Shown here piece by piece: positions 55,476 through 64,000 of a stretch of 64,000 nucleotides of DNA; the stretch's first letter is position 1; each line of letters begins with the position of its first letter. The stretch covers positions 90,208 through 154,207 of the forward strand of contig JBAOIH010000011.1 in assembly GCA_037045645.1 (NCBI GenBank), read 5' to 3'. This stretch comes from Nocardioides sp. (GTDB lineage: Bacteria > Actinomycetota > Actinomycetes > Propionibacteriales > Nocardioidaceae). A program made the position numbers and the translations under genes. The notes below the pieces were generated by a model that worked only from the letters and a program-made list of their open reading frames with translations, was not told the origin of the DNA and ran no database searches.

Positions 55476-56876
55476 ATGAGCACGTTCCCCGCAGCCGACC
55501 CCGGCACTCGTCGCGTCGTACCCGAGACTTCTTCGCCCGTCGACCCGGCGGTCGTACAACGCCTGCTCGCCGCGGAATGGGAACGCTTCACCTCATGGTC
55601 GGCCGAGTCCGGCATCCACAACAAGCGCGCGGCCGAGTCGTTGCCGTTGGGTGTGACGAGTTCGTTCCAGCACTGGGACCCGTACCCGATCTCCATCGCG
55701 TCCGCGCGCGGCGCATGGCTGACCGACATGGACGGCAACCGCCTGCTCGACCTGTCGATGGGCTTCGGCGCGATGCTCGTCGGCCACCTCAACCCGCTGG
55801 TGGTCCAGCACGTCACCGAGGCGTTGGAGCAGACCGGCACCCTCTTCGTGACGCCGTCGCCGCAGGCCACCGAGATGAGCGAGCGCTATTGCGAGCGCTT
55901 CGGTCTCGACATGATCCGCTTCACCAACTCCGGCACCGAGTCGCTGATGTACGCGATCCGCTGCGCGCGGGCGTACACCGGTCGCAAGGCGATCGTGAAG
56001 ATGGAGGGCGGCTACCACGGTGGCTACGACGCGCTTCAGGTCTCGGTGAAGCCGCCGCTGGACGAGGTCGGCCCCGCCGACGCGCCGACGCCGAGCACGC
56101 CGCAGGACGTCGAGGCGGGCACCGTCCACGTCGCCGTCTACAACGACCTTGCTCAGCTCGAACGGATCCTGGCCGAGCACGGCAACGAGGTCGCCGCGCT
56201 GGTCGTCGAGCCGGTCATCGAGAACCTCTCGATCGTGGTCCCCGACGAGGGCTACCTGGCGGGCGTACGCGCGCTGTGCGACCACTACGGCATCGTGCTG
56301 GTCTTCGACGAGGTCAAGACCGGACTGACCGCGGGCTATGCCGGTGCGGCGCAGCGGCTCGGCGTACAACCCGACCTGATCACGCTGGCCAAGTCGATCG
56401 GTGGCGGTCTGCCGCTCGCGGCGTTCGGCGGCAAGCAGGAGGTCATGGACGTCGTGGTCGACGGCCGGATGGCGCACTTCGGGACCTACAACGGCAACCC
56501 GCTCGTGATGGCCGCGGCCAAGGCGGTCGACGAGTTGTGTACGCGTGAAGCCCTCGACCGCGCCGAGGCGATCAACAACGGCGCGCTGGACGCGATGGAC
56601 GCGATCATCAACGAGTTCGCGCTGCCCGCGCACACGGTGGGCCTCGGCGTGAAGGGCTGCGTGACCTGGTCGAGCACCCCCGTACGCAACTATCGCGACT
56701 ACAAGGCCACCGACTTCGGCCTGGCTGAGTTGTCCTGGCTGTGGGGCGTCAACCGCGGCGTGCTGACGCCTCCCGGACTCGACGAGCAGTGGCTGGTCTC
56801 GCTCGCGCACACCACCGACGAGATGGATCTGCTGGTCGGGCACACCCGCGAGCTGGCCGAGGCGCTGCGGGCCTGA
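55476..56876 (+). CDS. class-III PLP aminotransferase-fold enzyme (glutamate-1-semialdehyde aminomutase-like)
   Basis: FTNSGTESLMYAIRCARAYTGR, VFDEVKTG, TLAKSIGGGLP (PLP Lys). The start is placed at ATG 55476. Confidence 0.8.
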   Translation: MSTFPAADPGTRRVVPETSSPVDPAVVQRLLAAEWERFTSWSAESGIHNKRAAESLPLGVTSSFQHWDPYPISIASARGAWLTDMDGNRLLDLSMGFGAMLVGHLNPLVVQHVTEALEQTGTLFVTPSPQATEMSERYCERFGLDMIRFTNSGTESLMYAIRCARAYTGRKAIVKMEGGYHGGYDALQVSVKPPLDEVGPADAPTPSTPQDVEAGTVHVAVYNDLAQLERILAEHGNEVAALVVEPVIENLSIVVPDEGYLAGVRALCDHYGIVLVFDEVKTGLTAGYAGAAQRLGVQPDLITLAKSIGGGLPLAAFGGKQEVMDVVVDGRMAHFGTYNGNPLVMAAAKAVDELCTREALDRAEAINNGALDAMDAIINEFALPAHTVGLGVKGCVTWSSTPVRNYRDYKATDFGLAELSWLWGVNRGVLTPPGLDEQWLVSLAHTTDEMDLLVGHTRELAEALRA

Positions 56877-56895
56877 ACTCCACGCACAGCGAGGC

Positions 56896-59464
56896 TCAAC
56901 ACTGGTGCGGGCGCGCCCGCGTCGCCGCCGCGGCGGTGCCGGTGGTCATGTCCCAGAAGACCAGGCGCCGCCCGGTGACCCCGGCCGGGCTGCTCTGGAA
57001 ACCGGCGCCGCACGAATAGCGTGCTGCCTTGCCGCCCGCCATCGGCAGCCACCACACGCCTGGTTCGGCGTCGCTGTGCGGCAGGCCGTACGCCGAACTC
57101 CACGCGACCAGCGAGTCCGTCACCCCCAGTTCGGCCGAGATCGGCGCGAGCCGGTTGCCTTCGGCGAGCAGCGTCACCGGGCGACCGCCGTGCCGACCCA
57201 CCCGCATGATCGATGCACCTTGGCTGCCCGAGCCGGTCGACTTGGCATCGGCTGCGAAGACGACATGCTTCTTCGTCATCGCGATGTCGTCGATGAAGGG
57301 TGAGCGACCACCCTGTCGACTGCGGACCGTCGCGATCGTGCGCATCTTGCCGGTGCGGGCATCGAGGGTCTTGATGTACGCGTACGGCGACTTGTCGGTC
57401 GTGTCGATCATCGCCAAGGCCAGGGTGTCACCGTGCAGGGCGAGCCGGTCGTACGCCCAGCCCTTCGGCGCGCGGAGTTTGGTGCGCTTGCCGTCGTGGA
57501 CATAGAAGACGTTGACCACGTCATCGGTCTCCGCGGCCAACCAGGCGGCGGTCGTGCGGGACACCGCGAAGGAGATGCCCAGGCCACCACCGAGCTCGCC
57601 CAGGTCCTCGACCTTGCCGGTGGCGAGGTTCTTCACCTGCACGTCGTTCTGCTTGATGCTCCGGCCGGCGCGCAACCAGAGCAACCGACCGCCACCGAGG
57701 GCGACGGAGTCGTAGTAGTGCTTATCGCGCGGACTCACCAACTGCGCGCCGCCGCGCTCGACCGAGCCGAGGTAGACGCCGACGCGACCCGAGGCGGTGT
57801 AGTTGGCGTACGCGAAACGCCGGTGATCCGCGGTGAGGTTGGTGAACGGGTACGACACATCGCGCACCAGGGTGCGCGAGTCCCACCCGAGTTCGCGTCG
57901 CTCCCAGCCACGGCTGATGCCGTGATCGTCGAAGGCATCCACGATGACGGCCTGCTGGGCAGCATCGAGGCCCATCTCTCCAGCCGCATCGGTGAGCGCC
58001 GTACGCAAGTCGGTGAAGCCAGCCAGTGGGGTGAGATAGCCCGTCAGGACCCGCAACATCAACCGGTCGGCGAGGCTGTCCCCCAGCCCCTTGCGGATCT
58101 GCCACAAGGTGCCGCCGACGATGACCGAGTTGTCGTGGACGCCACCGTTGTCCTCCTGCGTCGCCTGATAGTCCGCCGTGGTGACGCGCTTGTTGAGATC
58201 ACGGATGGCGCACCGCCACGGCCCCTTCTTGCGGCACAGGTTCTCCCCCATCAACCCGCTCTTCGGGTCGCTCGTGGCCAGACCCTCGGACTGATTGGCG
58301 ATGGCGTTGCCGAAGTAGTCGGAGAAGGCCTCGTTCATCGCGCCCGGCTGACCCGCGCCGATCAGTCCGGAGGTCTTGTCGGTGATCCCGTGGGTGATCT
58401 CGTGACCCACCACGTCGAGGTCCGAAGAGAACGGGCGATAGCCATCGCCACGCCCGCCGTACACCATGAAGCTTGCCCTGCCAAAACGCGTTGGGGTAAG
58501 GCCTTCCGCTCGCGGTGACTCCCACGACCTGCTTGATCGGACCGCCTCTTCCGTCCAGGCCGTTGCGTCCCAACGCGGCATAGAAGTCGTACACCTGGGA
58601 GGCACCCCAGTGTGCGTCGACCTGGCCGGACTTGTTGTCCGCGCGCGTCAACGGAATGTGGTCGCTAGTGACGACTTTGGCCTGGTCGTCCCAGCCCTCG
58701 ATGAAACCCATGAAGTCCGCACCCTTGGCGTCGAAGGTCTCGATCGTGCCACCACCAGTGGACGTACGACTCTGGTCGAGCAACGTCCAGGTGTCGGGGC
58801 CGCTCTGGGTGACGTGCAGCGGCCGGGTCTTGCCGAGAACCGAGACGCCTGTGGTGTCGACGGGAGCACCCGGCCCTGCCTTGAAGGTGTGGAGGTCGTC
58901 GTACGCCAGCGCAACCCTGCCTTGTGTCGACCCGACGAAGACCTGCTCACGCATCGGGGTGCCGTCCGCGTGCCTGCCGGTGACCGTGAGTTGCCGGGTC
59001 AGGATGCCGCGCCCCTGCGGCAGGATCACGCCGCCGCGGTCAGCGATCCGGTAGCCGCGCGCCCACGTGCCGGCGAGCGTGCGAGTCGCCACGAGCCGGG
59101 CCGCCGAGGCACTCACGAGTCGGCTCGTGTCCGGAGCAAGATCGCGTCGGTATTCCCCGCTGCCGCCGAGCACCTCGACCCCGGCCTTGGTGCGCCGTAC
59201 CCGCACCAGATATTGCGCTCCCAGCACCGGGATGCCGTCGTGCACCTGCTGAAACCGCTGCACCATCAGGTCGCCGACGGCATCGGTCGAGGTCGGGATC
59301 AGCGTCTCGGGGCTGCCGATTCCTGCCTTGGCGAGGTGGCTGCGCGCGGCGGCCAGCGGAGTGGGGGTCGGGCCCGGGTCGGCGTACGCAAGCGGCGCCG
59401 CAAGAGGTGACGCGAGCAGCGGTCCGGCAAGGGCGAGCGTCAGGGCAGCAGCAAGGCGACTCAT
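56896..59464 (-). pseudogene. secreted M4 (thermolysin-like) metalloprotease with a C-terminal beta-propeller-like extension; frameshift near 58473
   Basis: The signal peptide plus propeptide through ...YPNAFWQGK lie in the 59464 frame. FMVYGGRGDG...VVGHEITHG...NEAFSDYFG... lie in the 58605 frame. HExxH and the downstream Glu motif are present. Confidence 0.7.
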
Positions 59465-59558
59465 GCCCGCGAGCCTCCACCACGCCTGTGTCAGCCGTGG
59501 CCCTGGTGGATCACAGGACCGTGACAGGTCGACACTGCACAACCCGCGGGTCAGCGGG

Positions 59559-61187
59559 CTAGAACTTGACCTTGACGACGCGCTTGCTCCTCGTCGTCGT
59601 GCCGCCGCTGGTCACCGCGATCTTGACCGTGACCTTCACCTTGCCCAGTCGATGCAACCGCTTGCGCATCTTCTTGCCGAACTTGACCACGAGCTTGCCC
59701 GGACCCGTCAAGGTCACCTTGCCCGCGCCGACCTTGGTCGACTTGAGCCGGACCTTCTTCATCACCTTCTTGGCGATCAGTGCCTGGGCGGTCGCCGAGC
59801 AGGAGGCCGAGCAGCCCAGCGCCACGCGTACGCCCGCCTTGGCCACCGCCGTGGCCGGGATCGACACCGTCGGGGCGGTGCCGCCACCGGGAGGTGGTGG
59901 CGGTTGTACGACGACCTTGTCGACCGACTCGCACTGCATGAACGCGTCCTGGGCGATCACGTCGACCGTGTCGGCGATCACCGTGTCGGCGCCGGGACCA
60001 CAGTTGACGTTGTCCGCCAGACCGTCGCGTGCGGTGATCTTGTCGGAGCCACCGGGGCAGCTGTACGCGTCGCACTTGTTGTAGTCGCCATAGATGCTGT
60101 CGACCCCGGGACCTCCGTCGATCACGTCGTCGCCGCTGTAGCCCTCGAGCGAGTCGTCGCCATTGCCGCCGCTGAGGGTGTCGTTGCCCGAATCACCGAA
60201 GACCTGGTCGTTGCCGTCCGCGCCGAAGATGTTGTCGTTGCCGCTCGACCCCTCCAGGTAGTCGTTGCCTGGTGAACCGGTAATGACATCGTCGTTGCCG
60301 GTGCCGCGAACCTTCTCGATGTCGGTGCGTACGTTGCCCGCCTCACCGGGGGCGCCGTCGTTGGCGACGTTGTCCAGCGAGATCCGCATGCCGGACGGCT
60401 GCGAGACGAAGTCGGCCATGTCGACACCCGCGCCGCCGATGTAGTCGTTGTTGCCAGGGTCGATGCCCTCGGTGCCCGGGCCACCGAAGACGTCGTCGCC
60501 GTCGCCGCCGTTGAGCACGTCGTTGCCGTTCCCGCCGACGAGCCGGTCATTGCCCGCATCGCCACGGATGGTGTCGTTCCCGGCGTCTCCGAAGATCTGA
60601 TCGTCACCGTTGCCGCCGGACAACTCGTCAACTCCCGCACCGCCATAGATCTGGTCGTTGCCGTCCTCACCGTTGGCCGAGCTGTCACCGGCTGGGAGCC
60701 TGATGCGGTCCAGTCCGCCACCGCCGAGAACAGCAGACTGCACGGGCTGGCTGCATTGGCTCAGGTTGGTGAACCAGTCGTCGCCGTTGCCGAGGTACGC
60801 CACCGTCACCGGGATGCAGATGTCGCGCATTTCGAGGTCATCGGCACCGTCGCTGAGAAGGAACGAGACCCAGTCGACCGAGGCTCCTGGACACACGGCC
60901 GCATCGGTGAACATCGTCACCTCGTGGGTGCACGGTCCGGTGTCGGCCCAACTGCCCGCGTAGTTGAACCGCACCGTGTTGTTGGACGTGTCGTAGGTGA
61001 CCTGGAACAACCCGGCCGCACCGCGGGCATCGATGATCAGCCCGTTGGCATGCTCGGGATCGACGACGATCCGGCCGACTCCGGCCGCCTGGCTCGCAGG
61101 CGCTGCCACCACCGACCCTGCGAGTGCGACCAGCAGGGCAAACAAGAAGGCAGAGATCCGTGCGGGGCGTCTTAGCGACAGCGACAT
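59559..61187 (-). CDS. secreted RTX-type calcium-binding repeat protein
   Basis: Sec signal peptide (ISAFLFALLVALAGSVVAAPASQA), more than 10 GGxGxD nonapeptide repeats (GGNGDDQIFGDAGNDTIRGDAGNDRLVGGNGNDVLNGGDGDD...) and a Lys-rich C-terminus. Confidence 0.8.
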   Translation of the reverse strand: MSLSLRRPARISAFLFALLVALAGSVVAAPASQAAGVGRIVVDPEHANGLIIDARGAAGLFQVTYDTSNNTVRFNYAGSWADTGPCTHEVTMFTDAAVCPGASVDWVSFLLSDGADDLEMRDICIPVTVAYLGNGDDWFTNLSQCSQPVQSAVLGGGGLDRIRLPAGDSSANGEDGNDQIYGGAGVDELSGGNGDDQIFGDAGNDTIRGDAGNDRLVGGNGNDVLNGGDGDDVFGGPGTEGIDPGNNDYIGGAGVDMADFVSQPSGMRISLDNVANDGAPGEAGNVRTDIEKVRGTGNDDVITGSPGNDYLEGSSGNDNIFGADGNDQVFGDSGNDTLSGGNGDDSLEGYSGDDVIDGGPGVDSIYGDYNKCDAYSCPGGSDKITARDGLADNVNCGPGADTVIADTVDVIAQDAFMQCESVDKVVVQPPPPPGGGTAPTVSIPATAVAKAGVRVALGCSASCSATAQALIAKKVMKKVRLKSTKVGAGKVTLTGPGKLVVKFGKKMRKRLHRLGKVKVTVKIAVTSGGTTTRSKRVVKVKF

Positions 61188-61269
61188 TCCTGGAAATTAG
61201 ACCCAGACTTAACCAACCCGGTATCAGGAATTGTGGCAACCGAAGTTGACCGATCCTTAAACTTCACAG

Positions 61270-62355
61270 ATGGCTTCGTGGCTGCCAGCAGGGTATGCCG
61301 AGCTCTCCTCTCGGTCGGCCGGGCACGCCCTCGATCTCAGCCTCCTGCTCACGCGAGACCTGGCGCCATGCGCCCCCGAGATCGCCGCAGAGGTCGCCGC
61401 TCGGCTCGCGGCAGGTGAGCCGGTCTCTGTGCTGGAGTACGACGTGGCGGCCGGCGCGGCATTGCATGCGGGTCGCCACGACGAGGGCCTGGCGCTGGCG
61501 ACGGCGGGCCTGAACGAAGCGAAGCAGCTGACAGCGGTGGACTCGACGCTGCTGCGCGTGAAGTGTTTCGCCGCCGCCTGCCTGGTGGGCACCTCGGAGG
61601 AAGTGTCCGAGCACGGACTTTGGCTGGTGGCGTACGCGTCCGAGCACGGCGATGACATGGTCACCGCGATCGTCTGGTCGGCATTCGCCGTACGCCGAGC
61701 CGCCATCGGGGACGCCGCAGGTGTGGCCGAGTGCCGGGCGGTGCTGGAGTCCTTGGAACTCGACCCCGCGCTGCAGACCACCATCGAGGGCACCCAGGGT
61801 CTGCTCGCGCTCGCCGAAGCCACCCTCGGCTCGGGGCCGGCCCAGGTCGGCGAGCCCTGGCTGCAGAGCGTGGTCGCCCAAGGCGGCCCGCTGATGCGAG
61901 CGTTGACCAAGGCAGCCCGCGCGATCGGGCAACCCCTGGTGCGATCGGATCAGTCGGGCACGCCCACTCCGCGCCAGGTCGAGGTGCTCAGGCTGGTGCG
62001 AGACGGCGCGACCAATGCGCGGATCGCGCACGAGTTGGGGGTGGCCCCGCGTACGGTCCAGTCCGAGGTCGCGATCCTCAAACGCATCCACGGCGTGACC
62101 AACCGCGCCGCACTCCATCTGCCGACCACGCTGCCTGCGCCGGGGCGGCCGCTCACGCCACGCCAGCGCGACGTGGTCGACCTGATCCAAGCGGGGTACA
62201 CCAACGGCGGCATCAGCGCGGCGCTGGGGATCAGCGAGCGTACGGTCGAACGCCACGTCTCGGATGCCAGCGCCCGTCTCGGAGTCGTGGGGCGCACTCA
62301 ACTTGCCGCAAGCGCGGGCGTCACCCCAGTGCGCGAGGCTACTCTCGGCGTGTGA
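61270..62355 (+). CDS. LuxR-family regulator with two tandem C-terminal LuxR-type HTH domains
   Basis: TPRQVEVLRLVRDGATNARIAHELGVAPRTVQSEV and LTPRQRDVVDLIQAGYTNGGISAALGISERTVERHV, with a helical N-terminal region. Confidence 0.7.
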   Translation: MASWLPAGYAELSSRSAGHALDLSLLLTRDLAPCAPEIAAEVAARLAAGEPVSVLEYDVAAGAALHAGRHDEGLALATAGLNEAKQLTAVDSTLLRVKCFAAACLVGTSEEVSEHGLWLVAYASEHGDDMVTAIVWSAFAVRRAAIGDAAGVAECRAVLESLELDPALQTTIEGTQGLLALAEATLGSGPAQVGEPWLQSVVAQGGPLMRALTKAARAIGQPLVRSDQSGTPTPRQVEVLRLVRDGATNARIAHELGVAPRTVQSEVAILKRIHGVTNRAALHLPTTLPAPGRPLTPRQRDVVDLIQAGYTNGGISAALGISERTVERHVSDASARLGVVGRTQLAASAGVTPVREATLGV

Positions 62356-63941
62356 CCCTCACCTCAGTCGCTGCCGAACGGCGTACGCCGAACAAGGTCG
62401 ACCGCTTCCTCTTCCGCAACCGGCCGTGGGGGGTCGCCCTCGTCGTCGTGCCCGTGTCCGCGGTCGCGCGCGCCACCGAGGCCATCCGAGACCGGCTGCC
62501 CGGTCGCGCCGAGCAGACCTGGCGCTCAGCAGGCGAGCACGAACGCACCGTCGCGCAGATCGCCGACCGCGTCCGCGAATGGGCCGCACTCCCCGAGGCC
62601 GGGCGACCGGCGCTGCGTACGCATCGCTCGTCCGCGGCCTCCTTCTCGGTGCGCCAGAGCAACAAGGGCGACGCGATGACCCTCGACGTGTCCGGCCTCG
62701 ACGGGCTCCTGGCGCTCGATCAGGACGCTGGCACGATCACCGTGGAGCCGCAGGCGACCGTCGGCCAGATCACGACGGCGCTGCTGCCGTACGGCCTGAT
62801 GTTGCAGGCCACCTTGGAGATGGAGGAGGCCACCATCGGCGGCCTCGCCCTCTCGCAGGGCCTGACCACGCATTCCCACCAGTGCGGCTGGGTCCACGAC
62901 ACGGTCACCGAGTGGGAGTACGTCACCGGCTGCGGCGAGGTGCTGCGCGCCAGCGCCGACGAGAACGCCGACGTGTTCGCGTGTTCGGGGATGAGCCAGG
63001 GCACTCTCGGCTTCCTCACCGCGCTGACGCTGCGGGTCGTGCCTGCGGCGCAGGAGGTGCTGGTGACCTATGAGCACGTCGGCTCGTTCGATGCGCTGCA
63101 GGACCGGATGATCGAGTTGATGGCCGGCGAGGACGACTTCCTCGAAGCGATCACGTACGCACCCGATCACGCCGTCATCGTGCGGGGCGTCGTGACTGCT
63201 CCCGACGACGCGGAGGCCGCACTGGCTGACGGAGTCGTACGCAATCGTCAAGGGGACTGGCACCGACCGTGGTTCTTCAGCCACGTGGAGCATGTCGAGC
63301 AGGGACGGCGCGAACTGATGCCGATCCGCGACTACCTGATGCGCCACGACCGCTGCATGTGCATGACGATGAAGTCGACGTTCCCGCTCGGCAACACCGC
63401 CCCCGTGCGGTGGGCGCTCGGCTGGGCGTTCCCGCCGAAGATGAGCGTGCTGAAAGGGATGCAGACACCCGCCGTGCGCGAGCTGACGGTTCGCGAGCAC
63501 GTGTATCAGGACGTGTGCGTGCCAGCACAGCGCTATGCCGACCTGCTCCGGCTGGTCGACACCGCGTTCGGCAACTATCCGCTGTTGGTCTATCCCAGCC
63601 GGTGGCGCGACCGGGGCGGCCTGCAGCGCCACCCCGACGGGCGTCGCGGCTCGGTCGAGGCGCCGCGCGACGCGTGGTATCTCAATCTCGGCCTCTACGG
63701 CCCGCCACCCAACTCCGGCTCAGGTGGCACCGTGCTGAGTCGGGTGCGGTCGATGCTGGCCTGGGTGCGCGAGCAGGGCGGCTACCAGCACTCGTACTGC
63801 GACGTCTTCCAGACCCGCGAGGAGTACGCCGAGCAACTCGACCTCGACCGATTGCGTGCCGCACGCGAGCGGATCGGCAGCCAGTTGCTGCCCGAGCCGT
63901 ACGACAAGGTGCGCTGCGAACTCCCCTGGCAGGGCTGGTGA
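62352..63941 (+). CDS. FAD-binding (PCMH-type) oxidoreductase resembling delta24-sterol reductase (DHCR24/DWF1) family
   Basis: An N-terminal hydrophobic segment, an FAD-binding domain (ITVEPQATVGQITTALLPYGLMLQATLEMEEATIGGL) and a DHCR24-like C-terminal region (YQDVCVPAQRY...YPLLVYP). GTG 62352 overlaps the LuxR stop (GTGA). Confidence 0.55.
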   Translation: MTLTSVAAERRTPNKVDRFLFRNRPWGVALVVVPVSAVARATEAIRDRLPGRAEQTWRSAGEHERTVAQIADRVREWAALPEAGRPALRTHRSSAASFSVRQSNKGDAMTLDVSGLDGLLALDQDAGTITVEPQATVGQITTALLPYGLMLQATLEMEEATIGGLALSQGLTTHSHQCGWVHDTVTEWEYVTGCGEVLRASADENADVFACSGMSQGTLGFLTALTLRVVPAAQEVLVTYEHVGSFDALQDRMIELMAGEDDFLEAITYAPDHAVIVRGVVTAPDDAEAALADGVVRNRQGDWHRPWFFSHVEHVEQGRRELMPIRDYLMRHDRCMCMTMKSTFPLGNTAPVRWALGWAFPPKMSVLKGMQTPAVRELTVREHVYQDVCVPAQRYADLLRLVDTAFGNYPLLVYPSRWRDRGGLQRHPDGRRGSVEAPRDAWYLNLGLYGPPPNSGSGGTVLSRVRSMLAWVREQGGYQHSYCDVFQTREEYAEQLDLDRLRAARERIGSQLLPEPYDKVRCELPWQGW

Positions 63942-63944
63942 TCG

Positions 63945-64000
63945 ATGCCTGAGCTGCCCGAGGTCGAGGCACTGGCCCAGGACCTGCGCGGGCGCCTGGT
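63945..64000 (+). CDS. Fpg/Nei-family DNA glycosylase, first 18 codons only (continues beyond the window)
   Basis: MPELPEVEALAQDLRGRL is the invariant N-terminal catalytic Pro/Glu signature. Confidence 0.7.
   Translation, partial: MPELPEVEALAQDLRGRL

Overview
This is a visibly GC-rich chromosomal segment of an actinobacterium. The phylum call is an inference from gene content: proteasome activator Bpa, an F420-type deazaflavin oxidoreductase, an ECF SigE-type sigma factor and a DUF5926/SEC-C protein. I can support about 60 protein genes and 3 tRNAs. There is no rRNA, no CRISPR array and no intact mobile element.

Layout:
- 0.3-8.2 kb: a minus-strand catabolic operon with a GntR regulator, a Cache-like protein, P450/ferredoxin/ferredoxin reductase, a glutamine-synthetase-like ligase, a signal-less SBP-like protein and two PuuD-like amidotransferase hydrolases.
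- 8.4-14.0 kb: an amino-acid permease and an ATP-grasp ligase flanked by two paralogous beta-lactamase-fold serine hydrolases.
- 14.1-16.6 kb: a DUF294 nucleotidyltransferase / DEDD exonuclease pair.
- 16.6-25.1 kb: an eroded accessory region next to tRNA-Arg. It holds three VapBC-type toxin-antitoxin pairs, an integrase fragment and a frameshifted TetR/MFS/hydrolase module with two matching 24-bp palindromic operators. It is bounded by a duplicated tRNA-Arg 3' half plus a duplicated flank.
- 25-47 kb: mostly conserved housekeeping genes (serS, pheA, arcA, bpa, HAD phosphatases, GDPD, sigma factor).
- 47.6-64 kb: an AAA+ ATPase, a kinase-aminotransferase fusion, a TetR/Rieske oxygenase module, a frameshifted M4 protease, an RTX-repeat protein, a dual-HTH LuxR protein and a DHCR24-like flavoprotein.

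The least explained signal is a 21-bp tandem repeat present as three same-orientation clusters. One cluster lies in-frame inside the AAA+ ATPase gene. A second sits in the AT-richer gap just upstream of that gene.

Several accessory genes carry frameshifts while the housekeeping genes are intact. No candidate is proven to be a new system. Coordinates of non-ORF features were counted by hand and may be off by 1-2 nt. Family names are from motif recognition, not from searches.
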